Assembly (NCBI GenBank): GCA_965112735.1
Contig: OZ218960.1
Span: 248,001-312,000, forward strand
Direction of reading: 5' to 3'
Length of the DNA: 64,000 bases
DNA from: Phaeosaccion multiseriatum
Lineage: Eukaryota > Protista > Ochrophyta, other classes
Part shown: in pieces, positions 11,991 through 25,801 of the stretch
Numbering within the stretch: position 1 is the stretch's first letter
Layout: every line of letters begins with the position of its first letter
Notes under the pieces: model-generated
Database searches by the model: none
Told to the model about the DNA's origin: nothing
The model's input: only the letters and a program-made list of their open reading frames with translations
Translations under genes and position numbers: made by a program

Positions 11991-14465
11991 ATGCCGCCTA
12001 TCCCGGGCGTGGCACGAGACGCGCCCACCGTAGAGGCAGCCTCAACACCAGCAGAATTGCCAGTACCAACAGACACCGTGTCCTCCGGTCCTGCCCTGCA
12101 CCAAGCAGCGCATGCAAGGCCTGTAGGAGGAGAGGATACAACAGATTATGCCGAAAAGGTGGGCGGGAAGACCCCGGTGCCGGGCTTCTTGACCAAGACA
12201 TACACCATCTTCGACCGCAATGAGGGCTGGGAGGATATCGCGGGGTGGGGGCCCAATGGCGACACCATCTTCATCAAGGTAGTGCCCCAATAGGGTAGAT
12301 CGTTTATGCTCTAGTAAGGGAGGTCGTTTTCCGGGTCAGCCAGCCTCTTACGCTCTCCTTCTGCTCTCCCCTCCTGTTCCATTGTCGCGCCTCAAAGGAC
12401 TTTACGGCCTTTGCGCAGAGAATCCTCCCGCAGTTCTTCAAGCACAGCAACTTTCAGTCCTTCGTGCGGCAGCTCAACATGTATAACTTCCGCAAGACCA
12501 AGCAGGACCCTAGCCACGGCGAGTTCCGCCACCCCCTCTTCAAACGAGGCCGTATGCAGGACCTGCACCTCATCAAGCGCAAACCCTCCTCCACCACCAG
12601 CAGCAACGCCCACAACAAGGCCAGGAACAACAGCAGCAGCAGCAGTCGCAGCAGCGGCGGTGGTTTTTCCCAGATGGGGGGCGGCGCGGCGGTGGCTGGA
12701 GGGCCGAGTGGGGGGGGTGCACAGGGGCTTGTGCATATCAAGCCTGAGCTGGGCGGGGGTGAGCATGGGGGGGGGGCACTGCTGGTGACGGGTGGTCCGA
12801 GTACGGCGGATGTTGTGGCACAGTCCGACGCTGTCATGGCGGAGCTGCTGGAGCTCAAGAGGTGGAGGGCAGGTGAGGGAGGCACGGGCGTATATATATA
12901 TACGTGTGTGCGTGTGTGTGTGTGGGTGGGTGAGAGTCGAAACTCCGTTGATTTCCTGACTATTCCCGCCCCTCGGACCCTTTTGCATTTACCGTGACTC
13001 ACGCATTCCTCACGCTTCCCTCCCCCCCTTTCTCTCCCCTCTCTTCCCTCTCCCCCTCCCCCCTCTCGGCCCTCCTTCCCAAAGGCATGGAGAAGCAGCT
13101 AACTCAACTCAAGGAAGAGAACAGAGTGGTCCGTAGAGACAACGATCTGCTGTGGAACGGGCTGCGCACCCACGCCGCCTCCCAGAAAGCCATGCATCAA
13201 AAATACCAGAACCTCCTGCATTGCATGTACGATGTGTGCGTGGGTGGGTGCGGCATTGAGGGAAAAGGTTTGCGGGAGGGGTGCCCTTCCCGCGCTTCGA
13301 AGGGGAAGGGCAAGAAGGAGGCGTTGATGATTGAGGGACTCTCCGATGCTGCCGCTGCCGTAGGTGTAGGACCAGGCACTGGGCGGCCGGCTGCTGCCAG
13401 AGGTATCTCAGGCGGAGGAAGGGGTGGGGGTGAAGGGGGTGGAAGGGGTGTTGGTAGTGGCCAGAATGGAGGAGGAGGAGGAGGAGGAGGAGGAGGAGGA
13501 GGTCAACCGTCCCAGGGGGGAGAGCTGGTGCGCCAGGGGGGAGAGCTGGTGCGCCTGAGCTCTGTTCGGCATGGGGGAGGCGGGAGGGGGGATGGAGCGG
13601 CAGCAGCAGCTGCGGTGGCGGGCATTGGGAGTTTGGGAGACGAATTGCAGCAGCGGTTGGGGGTACAGCAGGCAGAGGAGCAGCTACATGAGCAGCGGAA
13701 ACAGCAGCAGCAGTGGATCATGCAGCAGCGACAGCAGCCACAACAGCAACAGCCTATCGCTAGCTTCGACCGAGAGAGGCTCCAGCGAAGCATTAACCTG
13801 CTTGACGTCGATATTGACAACACGAGCCCGCTCTTCATGCATGGCCTACCGGGAGGAGGAGGAGGAGGAGGGGAAGCAGCAGCAGCAGTTGGTGGTTCAG
13901 CAGCAGATGGGCGGCTAGAAGGAGGAGGGGGGGAACTGGGTGGGCTAAAAGGATCCCCCTTGGAGAGAATGTCCTCTCTGGACTACCTCGCTGCTAGCTT
14001 TGGGCGCGACGACAAGGGCGCAAGGAAGAGGAAGCGAACATCGTCCTCCAGCGATGGAGACGGGGGAGAAGCAGCAGGAGGAGGTGGTGGAGGTGGTGGT
14101 GGTGGTGGTGGTGGCGGTGGTGGTGGAGGAGGAGGAGGAGGAGGAGGAGGTGCGGAGGACTTTGGCAAGAGCGGAGTGCAAGGGAAGACCTACGATGCTG
14201 ACAAGGACGCAGAGATCGGTCCAGAGGATGGAGACCTCTTGGCCACTTCGCCTGGTAACAAAGACACCACTGCCCTGCAAGGGGCGCTTAAGAAGCTCAA
14301 GGCATCAGAAGACTCCACACTCACAAAGATCGACAGCTTGGGCTACCAACTCGCGGAACTGTTGGACAGTAGTGGCGTGGACAATAGCGGCGATTTTCTC
14401 AATCTGTTAGACGATCACTTCTACGGAGACGGCACCCCTGCGGATGAGGCAGGTGAGGAGGAAGA

Positions 14466-14497
<32 letters not shown>

Positions 14498-14912
14498 AAC
14501 TACTACGGGGGACAGTAAGGACTGTAGTTTTCTCTCTCTCTTACACACTCCCCCCTCATCTGTACCTCTCCCCTTCACTCTCATTGAGTAGTTTGTTCCT
14601 TCATTCCTTCCTTTCAGGAGCTCTCATTCAACCCTTTGTTCATTCTCGTTGCCTTCCACCCCCGTCTCTCCCCTCCCTGCTCTCATCTCCCTCCCACATA
14701 TCGTAGAGGGCGACGTTGAACCTTCGCCTTTGAGCCCTGCTGTTGGGGCTGCTGCTGATGGCCCTGTGACGTCAGTGGGCCTTGGTGCTGGCCTTGTGAC
14801 GTCAGTGGGGTCCGGGGGGCCTCTGAAGGAGGCGGCCAATCGGGCGACGGAGACCTCCGGACGGACAAGGACCGGCAGACAGGCATTCGGGCAAGCAGAC
14901 AGCCAGGCGTAG
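11991..14912 (+). CDS. Heat shock transcription factor (HSF DNA-binding domain, coiled coil, acidic C-terminal region)
   Basis: Exons approximately 11991-12278, 12398-12872, 13085-14452 and 14707-14912. The DBD reads PGFLTKTY...W-x3-G-x2-FI...[24 protein letters not shown]...FRHPLFKRG-x3-LHLIKRK, followed by the heptad region [23 protein letters not shown]. The start codon is less certain. Confidence 0.93.
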
Positions 14913-15209
14913 GCGTAGGGGCGCATGGAGCGGCAGAGAGAGAGGGAAGAGGAGGCTTACGGGTGGAGCGAGGGCATCGCTTTTTTACGAAAGGCAACGA
15001 ATTGAGGACGCCGCCCCCCCCAATGCAATGCAAGGGAGTGTGGGGCCTGCTGTCCACATGTTTTCGTTATCAGGTCTAATTAAATGCCCGCACCAGCCTC
15101 ACACCAGCCTCACTCACGGTGGCTCACGGAGCCTGGGGAGGAAAGGGGGGCGCTCGTGGAAGCGAAGCACGCCAGCTCGGAAGCACTCGTCTGTCTTCTT
15201 TCTACCTTC

Positions 15210-18200
15210 TCACCAGTCCTCAATTTCCTCAACCGCTGCACCAGTCGGTGATGCAGCCGCCCCCGCCCCAGGGCCTCTCCCAATCACCGTCACTCGATTG
15301 CCGCCTCCTCCTCCTCCTCCTCCTCCTCCTCCTCCTGCTGCTGCCGTTGCATCCTTTCTGCTCTCTTCCACGTAACTGCATAAAGCCGTCTCCGTGTGAA
15401 AGTGCTTGCCGAGCGTCCGTACCGCGGGGATGACTTCAGTGTTAAACTCTCCGGCCGGAAACCTTCAGAAATACACACACAGACACGTATACACACGAGA
15501 GTGAGAAGGTAAACCCGCTGGCAAATCCGCTTGTCTTACGATGGTCCAAGTGGGGCGAGTAGGCGGTGTTGGGTAGCTTCCCTGCACATCCACCCAACCA
15601 GCACCCATCCATTGACGTACTACATCCCCTCACCTGGAAGGTGCCCAGAGCTCACCCGCCTGGCACCACATGTCCTCGCAGAAGCGCCCCACTACTTCCT
15701 CATGATGGGTCTGGGCAAATGGAGGGAGGGAAGACGGAGGGAACACGGAGGGAGCAAGGGAGGGAGAAGGGAGAGGGAGAAAGGAGGGACGGAGGGAGGG
15801 AGGAGAGGGAAAGAGCAGGCGGAGGGAGTGAGGGAGAGAGGGAGGGAGAGTGAGAAGGGAGGGTTAAACACCATTTGCAAAATCCATCCGACCGACCTAC
15901 CCCCCCCCCCCCCCAACAACACCAACTCACTCACTCATGCACTCTCTCACCTGCAGCCGCCTTAGCTCGAAGATCCTCGGAGCCGTGAAGGGCTTGACGC
16001 CACCCTGTGTGGGATGTCTGTTGAAGGCCGATATTGAGCGGGCGGCGAGCGTCTCTACATAGGACATGGGGTACACGGGATCGCCTCTGTCGAAGGGGCG
16101 AGAGGGGTCGTACTGACGCGCGTTGAACACGTCACTAGCGGATAGGCTGTAGGGGAGGACAGGGCAGGGCAGTTGGTGATACAGGCCAGAGTAGGGCAGT
16201 TGGTGATACAGGACAGAGAAGGGCAGTTGGTGATACAGAGCAGGGCAGGGCACGCACTCACTCACTCACTCACCAATCCAGCGTGGCGCACAGCTCATCG
16301 ACGTCGCTGAACCTGTCTACACAGTGGCTCTGGAGGAAGGAGGCGGCCCTCTCCGCCGTCAAGCCGCTGCGAGCAAGCACCATGTCCGGATCGTACACCA
16401 GGGCGGGGCGATCGTCAGGCCATGACAGGGAATCGCCAGAGCCCACTGCCGCAGTTGGTGATACGACCGCAGCCGCCGAGGAGGACGTGCTGGTGCTAGT
16501 GCTGCGGGTGCTGGGCCAGGCTTCCACCCCGGTCCCCACTCCCCCCGTGGCCTTGGACCGCTTGGACTCGGACCCTCCTCCTCCTGCCGGCCCCCGCTTG
16601 CAATAGACAAGCTTCCCCAGCGCGTGGAAGGGGGACATGAACGCGTCCCTCTCTCTGCCCACCTCCGTTGCCCCCTGTGCAGTCCCTCTGGAAGAGCTCG
16701 AGCGCCGTCCTTTGGCAGCTCCGCCGCTGCTGCTGCCGCCTTTACTCCCACCCACACTGCTGCCCGCTTTGCCTTTGGCTGCCAAGGAGGGAGAGGGTGA
16801 CAAGAAGGCACGGGGAGCGTGCGTTTAGGAGGCAGAGGCAGAGACAGAGAGAGAGAGAGAGGGATAGGGATAGGCATCCCTTGTCGTCCCCTCCCCTCCA
16901 CTCCGTACACCACACCGCACCACACACCCTTCCGTAGCGAGAGAGAAGAAAGAGAGATAGAGAGAGAGTCCAGACAGAGAGGCCCGCCGCGCCCTTCCGT
17001 TCGGAATGAATGCTGCGTAGAATCTTACCCCTCCTTCCCCTCCTTGAGCTCATCTGCCCCCCTCACCTTTGGATGACAATGCTTCCCCCCTCCCCCTCCC
17101 CCCGAGGCACTGCATCTGTAACGCCATAAGACCGTGGCGAAGGTCCCCTCCTGCAGCGGAGAGGATGTGCTCCAACACCTCACTAGTGCACCTGCCGCCC
17201 CCGTCGCCACTTGTTGTCGTGCCTCTCCTTCTACCGCCGCTGCCCATATGACTGCTGCTGCTGACCCCCTCTGCCTGGGCCACCGCCAGGAGGTGCTTCT
17301 TCATGAGGGTGTTGTTGATGGCGTTACAGAAAATCACGGAGACCGCCGCGGACTGAATCAGGGCTTTGCCGAGCACGCGGTCCAGCTGAGGGGGATGGCA
17401 GCGGAGGGGATGGCAGCGGAGGGGATGGATAGGGAAGCACGACGACGGTGGAATGGGGACATAGGCAGGCATGTGGGTTAAGAGGTGAGGGCACGAGAGG
17501 GCACAAGAGGGCACAAGAGGGCACAAGAGGGCACGAGAGGGCACGGAAGGCGGCGCACGGGGCCGTGATGCGCCGCGTGGCGGCAGTGAAAAGAGTAGCA
17601 GTAGCAGCAGGAGCGGCGGCAGGGGAGGAAGGGAGGGAAGAAGAAGGGAGAGGAAGGAGGTACTGCACCCACCCACCCACCCACCCACCCCATTCACCCC
17701 TACCTACCTGGCTGGTGTAGCTGCTCTTGTCTGCACCTTCGCTCCAGATGAGCACCCCTGGGTGTTTGGAGAAGGCAACGAAGTCCGCTACCGCCTGTCT
17801 AACCCGGTCAGCACGGCCCTTGGCGCCTCTGCTCTCGGAGGATGTCGATCCGGAGTCCCACGCGCCCTCTCCGTTGTTGGGCACCTCCTCCAGTAGCACC
17901 AGGACCTTACGTAATGCATTGACGTACATGTAGCGGTGTATTGATGCATTGAAGTTTGGGGTACATTGATGTGGGGATGCAGTTACGTTTGGGTGCGAGT
18001 GGCACCCAAGAACGGATGGCGCAAGCAAGGTGAAGGACGGACAGGGCGTGTGAGTACGGCGGATGGCAGTGGATGGGGGGAGAGAGGAGAGATACGAACG
18101 CGACAGGAGGAGGAGGAGGGGGGGGTGGGGGCAGCGGCAAAGGGCGAAGGCGTGCTCCGCACCTCCACACACAGCTTTCAAGACGGAAGATGGAAGAGTC

Positions 18201-18722
18201 GCCGCCCCTCAGATGCCTATCTCTCCCAATCTCTCACTCTCACCCGTCCATCAGCATCCGTTGGAGTGCCAGCACCTTCGCCTGAAGCCTCGTTGCCCGC
18301 CCCGCCCCCACCCCCTCCCCTCTCGCTCTTGGCCTTCAGTGCCCCGTTTTCTTTCCCCTTCCCCTTCCCCTGTCCCTTTGCTTTCCCCTTCCTCCCCAGA
18401 GCTTCTTCCGCCTCTCTCTCCCTGCGCCGCTTCTTCTCGTCGCCTCCTCCTCTCCCTCTACTCCCTCTACTCCCTCCTCCTCCTTGTTGCACCATGAGGG
18501 TGCTCTCCAGTCCCAGTGCGGTTCGAAACGAGGCTCTTAAGAAGTTTTCAAACTGCTCTGTCTGCCCTTCGCCATAGTCCTTGAAGCTTCCTCCTCCTTC
18601 CGGACCTCCTCCCTCCCGATAGTACCCTGGAGAGAGGAAAGCAGAGAGAGGAGAGAGGAGAGAGGCGATAGGGATCGTGTGCGTGAAGGGCGGTGAAAAA
18701 AAGGCTCGGGAGGTAAGAAGCT

Positions 18723-18756
<34 letters not shown>

Positions 18757-18824
18757 GCCCCACAGTCGGGTATCACATGTCCTCTCCTCCCGACTGCTTT
18801 CATGCATTCACCGATACGGCTACG

Positions 18825-18862
<38 letters not shown>

Positions 18863-20547
18863 CACACACAACGCACACACATATATACATACACACACGC
18901 ACACACACGCACCCGCACCTGCAACGTCTTCCCTCTCCAACACCGTCGCTCCCAGCTCGGCCGCCAACACCCTTGCCATCGTGCTCTTGCCGCTCCCCGG
19001 GGGGCCGGCCAGGACCAGGAGCTGGTGCCGCGACACCTGCATGCAGTTACATAATATGGGCCGGCATATGGGCAGTCAAGTGGGCGCGGGGGGCGAGTCG
19101 GGATGGTGAGAAAGCATAGTGGAACACGTGAGAATGGTCTGCTCCGCTTGCTTACCGCGCCGGCTGTGCGGGGCTCTCGGAAGGCCGCCTCGAGCCACCC
19201 CCGCACCTCCAGCAGCTTTTTGCTGTGCACCGCCAAATCGGCCGAGCAGTGAGGGGCGTACTTCTGGTACCACAGCTGATTCGCCGCCCCATACGCCTTG
19301 CTTCCCTTCTCCTCCTCCTCCTCCTCCTCCTCCTCCTCTTCGTCGTCGTCGTCCTGGTCCTCCTCCTTCCCCTTCCTCCTCCTCCCTGCTGCTGAACCCT
19401 CTCTTCGTGCTACTCCTGCTGCTGCTTCTTCTCCAGCACTGGCCGGCCTTGGCCGCTTCTTCCCTCCCGTTTGACGGGCAGTCCATAGCTGATCCTGGCC
19501 CTGCCAGCCCGTCTGCAGTTGCAAGGTACCCTGCTGCTGCTGCCGCTGCTGCGTCGTGTTCCTCGTCGCCGCGGTCTTGGCCTTGCTACTCTTCGCCTGC
19601 GACTGCTGTTGCTCCTCCCGCCCCCCTTTCTGCGGCCCTCTTGCTGCGCCAGTCTTCGGAGAAAGGGCCTGCATGCTACTGCCCTCATCACGGTGCTCAT
19701 CGTCGCTACTGTCAAAGCTCAAATCGATGGTCGAAGGGGGTGGTGCCGCTGCTGCTGGTGGCGGCGCTGCACCTCTCCCCCCGCCCCCGCTGTTGGTGCC
19801 GCCACTCTTGCCTGCCGCCGTCGCCTTGGAAGGGGCCGAAGCAGCACCGGGGGCTTTGAAAATAGAAGCGATTGACATGGTTCTCCGCTGTGGCACCTGC
19901 CCCGCCCTGAGGTGCTCTGGCTGCTGCCGAGCCTGTTTTCGCTTTTTCGCCATGGGCGCGCTGCCGCCGCCGCCGCTGCTGCCTCCCTTCCCCCTACTCT
20001 GCCCACCACCGGTTGCTGGTTCCTCATACTCATCGTCATCCTCACTGCTGCTGTCGAGGGTGCGAGCAGAGGCAGCAGCAGCAGTAGGGGGGACAGCCGC
20101 CGCTGTCCGGCTTGGTGCCGAGGTAGCTCGCCATGGATCCTTATCAAAGACTTCATCGTCCGTGGTAGACTCATCGTCATCTGGGGAGCGATCAGGGGCA
20201 AGTGAGCAGGCCAAGGGGGGGGGGAAGGAGACAAGCGAGCAGCAACAAATTGCTCTGTTACGTGAGCACCTCTCTTTTCGCCCCCTCGTGGCGAAGGGGA
20301 CTACTAAGAAGAAGAAATAACAGGTGTGGTGCACTACGAGCTGTGTCAGAGCTTAAAGACCAGAGAGAAGCAGGCACTTGAGTCTTCAATGATATCCCTC
20401 AATAATGGGCCAACGGCGAGGGGCCGCATCTTGGGAAGGGAGGAGCCGCGCCACGCTAGAGCCACCGCCACTATGAAGCATCTCACCTTCTATTGGCTTC
20501 TTCTTCACCACCTTGCGTAGCTTCCTCCTCCTCCCCTGGTCCGCCAT
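15210..20547 (-). CDS. RAD17: Cell-cycle checkpoint clamp loader RAD17
   Basis: Motifs across about ten exons: LWYQKYAP-x4-LAVHSKK, Walker A GPPGSGKST, VLLEEVPN, IFCNAI, GGDLRH, FHALGKLVYCKR, and acidic terminus VEEIEDW* (stop 15212-15210). First exon 20547-20487 (MADQGRRRKLRKVVKKKPIE) is followed by a long disordered exon. The 3' exon boundaries are less certain. Confidence 0.92.
16165..16245. repeat. Three 27-bp tandem units, each containing CAGTTGGTGATAC, in a RAD17 intron
   Basis: The motif starts at 16170, 16197 and 16224 (27-bp period). Confidence 0.92.
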
Positions 20548-20755
20548 CGTTGGGGAGGGGATTGGGATTGGGGGGTGCACACCCACTTTGCGCTTCATGG
20601 CCCGCCCGTACTCTTCCAAAGTACCCGATTTCTGTAACGTTTTTGTTTTTTAAAAATAAAAGGACGCGGCGATTTTCCACAAGCGGCCGGCAGTAAATGA
20701 GAGACCAAAGAAGAACGATGAAGATCTGAAGACCCGGTAAAAAGAAGGGGGGACG
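20548..20755. promoter_or_regulatory. Probable bidirectional promoter between RAD17 and the ETR-like kinase
   Basis: Only 208 bp separate the divergent predicted ATGs. The interval contains a rare AT-rich island (ttttgttttttaaaaataaa). Inferred from gene geometry only. Confidence 0.55.
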
Positions 20756-23700
20756 ATGGTACTGAGTGGGAGTCCCCTGTGCGCCATCGAAAAGGACACG
20801 GGGTACGGCATCGTTGTGACGCTGTGCGATCTTGTCATCGCAGTGAGCTACTACATCATCCCCGTCATTCTCGGTAAGGGGTTCTCTCTCTCTTCAGGAA
20901 CAGCAGCACCGGTTTCCCTTTCCCCCCTCCTCTACTGCTACTCTGCCGGCACCCGACACCTCGTCCCCCCTCCCCTCCCCTTCCATGGATGAACGAACGG
21001 TGCATTTTGCAGCTTTATTGGTCAACGTTACCAACCTAGACTTGAGCGGCCTGACGGACTCCGATCCGAAGAATGACCGAATGTTCGCAAGGGTCTGGGT
21101 GCTCGTGGTGCTTTTTCTTCTCTTCATAGGTGAGGCTCGGCAGCGGCTGTAGCGGGCGTTACTCTTGCTTGTACTCCTCCTGCAATGCATTTCTTCCTGC
21201 CTCGACCTGCCTCACCCACCATTCTGTCCCCCCATTGGACGCTCCCTAGTCGTCCATTCGATCGCCTTCCCAGTCGCAGTCGCACCCATGGCTGTCCCTT
21301 ACTCTTTCCTTCGGCCCATCGCCCCCCCTCCCCGCCCTGCCTCCCTCCCTCACCACCACTCACACCTGTACACACACAAACAAGTCCTGTGTGGAACTGT
21401 CCACCTCTTCCACGGCTTGGAAAGTGTCGTGGACATGCCTGCTGGCACAATGGTATTCATGGAGGTCGCCACAGCAGTTGTGAGCCTGTCCACAGCCGTC
21501 TATCTGGCGCTCTTCTGCCCACGGATTCTGCCTTACATCCGCTCCAAGGAGCTGGCCAAGCTGAAGCAATGGCAACGGGACCTCTACAACGCCAGTATTC
21601 ACCTCATCAGTACGCATTCCTTCGATGTCGATGCCCCGCTCTTCATCACCATGAATCCGTGCGCACCCAAATTTGGTTTCCCCGACAAGTACTCTCTGAT
21701 TGTGAGGACGTTGCTTTGATTCACTCTGACGTAGACACACGGAGGGAGGGAGACGGGAGGTTGATGCAGTCGAGCAAGGCATGAAAAGTGCCAACTCAGC
21801 TGCGCCCTGTCCTCGGCGAACAAGCCTCTGCTATGCATACTAATTACCCCCCCCCCTCTACTCTCCTCTCCCCATAACTTCATTTTGCCTGTACTGCTGT
21901 ATCACCAACAGGGAAGGAGCTTCTTTGACATTGTGCATCCCGATGATGTGGCGCTCGTACGCTCGGAGCTGCAGAGGCTCAAGAACAAGGCTCTCGGTAA
22001 GGATATGGCAGGGGGATGGTTTGCCCCTACAAGCTTAGTTAGACTTTTGCCGAGCGCATCAGGGGTCGATCAGTACGGCTTGGTCCTGAACAGGGGATGA
22101 AAAACTAGACTCAGGGAAAGGCGTGTTTGATAGTCGACCGCTTTGTATGTGTTGAGTGTGTGTAGCAATGTGTGGAAGGCGAGGACTCACTGCACATGTG
22201 TGCTGCTCTGGACGCTGCTGTACAGGAGAGAAATGTGAAATCCACCCCTATTGGGGGCGTGCCCCCTTGGGGGATGTGCCGCATGGGGCTGCCCCATTGG
22301 GGTTCCCCTCTCTTCTCTCTTCTCCTCATTCTCTCTTCAAACATCCCACCTCTATGTCTCACACTCTGTCTCACGCGCTCTCTGTCTCCGTCCCCTACCC
22401 CCCTCCGTTCTCTCTCTTTATGGCAAACACACATGCATGCGCACGCACACACACACACACAAATACACGCACACACACAAACACACACAAACAGTTCAAA
22501 CCCGTTCAGGTCACAACAATAAGCTCAAGTCGCAGGGGAGCGACACGCTGGACCCTGACCAGCATTCTGTGGAGAGCATTGAATTCCGCGTGCAGCCTAA
22601 CGGTTTCCGCACCATCCAGGTGGAGAGCCTGGTGAGCTGCAGGGAAGAGATTGACTCCACCTGGACGTTCCTTATCATCACACGTGACATCTCACTGCGG
22701 AAGGCCAAGTGAGTACACAACGGTAGTTATGAGCTGCTCTCAACAGACTCTTTTGGGCTGTCTCTTGAGAGGGCATCGTAGCTTTCATCTGTTGCCATCT
22801 GTTGGTCTTGCTGCGCCTCGGCATCGTAGCTGCCATCTGTTGGTTTTTATGCGCCTCTCTCTCAACCTCTATTCTCTGCTGCTGCTCCTGTATCACCAAC
22901 TTGCCTATTGCTGCCTCCCTGTACCTTGAACTGTATCACCAACTGCCCAGGGAGGACTCTGAAGAGGAAAGGCGCAAAAACGACATGTGCACGCGACTCA
23001 AGTACATCTCCTCCATCGCTCACGACCTCAAGACGGTAGGTGGGGGTGAAGGCGGCTGCTTGCACATGAGGGGTGGAAACCTTCGCTCCCAAGGGGGGGG
23101 GGACTCAGGGGGTTCAGGGGGATGAGTCCGGAAGCTTACGGGTGAAGCGGCGGGTCGCGCACACACGCACGGACAAGGCCATTTAGAGAAGCGTTGGAAA
23201 GGAGAGGAGAGGAGAGGAGAGGAGAGGAGAGGAGAGGAGAGGAGAGGAGAGGAGAGCGGCAAGGCTGCCCCGAGGGTGGACGAGGAGGGGGAGGGCCAAG
23301 GCAAGGATGAAGACCAAATAGACCAGACGTGTCTCCTTCCACAAGCCAGCGTGAGAAGCGAGGGGTGAGGAGTGAGGGGTGAGGAGTGAAGGGTGAGGGG
23401 TGAGGCAGGGCAAGCCACACATGTGAGTAGGAGAACAGATACGTTACGGGTTAGGCTGCCACCGGAAGAGGCCCGAGAGGAGCCTCTCTGTGCTCAGATT
23501 GGGCTGCTGCTGGGGGGGCGCAGTGTGGTTATCCACCATCCTATCACAGCTGGCATCGCTAGAGAGTGGGGCCCTCTCCCACCAATCACCCCCTCCCCAT
23601 CCACTGCCATCCCTCCACCCGGCCCTTCGTCGTGTGTCTCACAGCCCCTCGCTGTCCTGCAAATGAGCTTGGAGCTCGTGAGCAACAAACACAAGAAGCA

Positions 23701-25770
23701 CTCAGAAGAACTCAACATCTTAAGGGAGGCCCAGGTGAGGCTCAGTTGGTCCTCTCTCCTGTGAGGAGGAGGTTTGCTCTACCTCTCGCACTTGGGAGGG
23801 AGCACTTTGCTTTACCTTTCGCACCTGTGCGGCTCAGAGACATTAGAAGCACGTTTCTTTGCCCCTCACGACTGGAACCCTCCGTCTGTCACCAGTGGCT
23901 CAGCTCCAGTACCACAGACACTGCATCTGTCACCACTGGCTGGACATTAAACCATCGCGTGGACATGCGTATGTGTGTGTGTGTGTGCGTGCGTGTGTGT
24001 TCGTGTGAATGCGTGCGCGCGCGTCTGAGTGCGTGTACGCGCGCGTGAGTGCATGTTTAGGTGTATGGGTATGGTGTGTGCGTATGTATGTGTATTCATG
24101 TGTGTATAGCGCCACTGAACCTTCTCCACCCCCCCCACCCCTCCCGCAGTCCTCCCTCTACCTTGCACCCTCACCCCCCCCCCCCCACACGCGTTGGGTG
24201 TCTTTAATCGTCGCCAATCAATGAAACCATCAATCAATCAGCTCTCCCTGGAGCTCATGAAGGTCACAGTGCATCAAGCAGTGGACATCGGCCGAGCCAC
24301 CACGGAAGGAATCGTCATGAAACCGCAGTACGACTCCGTCTCTATAGGAAACATGCTTTCCAAGTGCCGGCACGTCATCAACGGTTACAGCAAAGTTGTG
24401 CCCATACGGTACGTCCATGGCCGAAGTGCGGCTCAGTGTCAAACTGTAGCTAGGAATCCACCTCCGTCCAAATCCCCCAACCCAAAACCTAACCCTACCC
24501 AACCCACCCCACCCCGGCTACTCACAAGTTCTGCATTTGTTCTTCCCCTCGTCACCCACGGTACCACGATGCCCCGCCCCGACAGATTCGTGTTACAAAA
24601 AGGGCTGGCGAGTTGCCACCTAGTCACAGATGGCGAGTGGCTGTGGCAGATGGCGATAAACCTGTGCACCAACGCCTGCAAGTACACCTCCAAGGGTTAC
24701 ATCTCGCTGGAGATGGCCCTCGTGGAGAAGGTTCATCAGGATGCTACCGATGGTTCGGGTCATCAGCAGCAGGGCCGTAAGCAGCAGGGCCGTAAGCAGC
24801 AGGACCAAGAGCAGCGAGATATGCATTTGGTGGTCCTAGTGGCAGATACGGGGATCGGAGTGCCGGAGAGTCAGAGACAAAAGCTGTTCAAGCCCTTCTC
24901 ACAGGTGCAGGAGTATCAGAATCAGGGCACGGGGCTGGGGCTCTATGGAATCAAGGAGAAGGTGTCCGTGCTTGGGGGTCAGTGCGGCGTGGAGCCCAAT
25001 AATCCACACGGCTCAATCTTCTTCTTCACAGTGCCCTATACAGCCGACAACACCGTGGAGTGCGAGAGAGACCCCCAGGACAGACTTCACTCCGGCTCCC
25101 GCTTCTGGGACGATGATACCGTTCAGCAGGACGACCCCAATGACACCCATCGGCCGTCGGAAGTGGAGGAGCTGCCGTTGGAGCAGCTGCATCTATCCAG
25201 GTTGTTGCAGCTGCAAGGAGACCGGGTGGCGAGGAGGAAGGCAGAAGAGGCGACAGCAGCGGGAGCGCGAGCAGAGCGCGCAGCATCCATGGCTCTAAGG
25301 GAGGAGGGTGGGGGTGGCGGAGCACCGGCGGCGGCGGGAGACAAGGAGGAAACCAGCAAACGGGCGAGTCGCAGCAGCAGCAGCAGCAGCAGCAGCTGCC
25401 TTCGGTTCGATGAACGCTCCGCCGCGGGCGGCAGTGCCGTCGGCGTAGGGGGGTTGGGCTCGTATGCTCCTCTCATGGGGGGATGGGGTATCGCAAGCAT
25501 TCGCCAGACGCCGACCCCTGAAGCGCAAGAGGGGGACCCGCTGGGCGGACGAGCGACAGTGTTGTTGTCGATGCTTCAGCAGCCCATGCGGAACCTCGTG
25601 TGCGGAGCAAAGCGCAGGCTCGGCCAACTCGGATTGAAGAGGATGATCGGCAAGGACGGGGCGATTCACCCCGTCGAGGTGGAGACAGACACGCCCACGG
25701 CGGCTCCTGCTATTACTGCTGCTGCTGCTGCTGCTGCTCCTGGGACCAAGAAGCAACAACCGCAGAAAGT

Positions 25771-25801
<31 letters not shown>
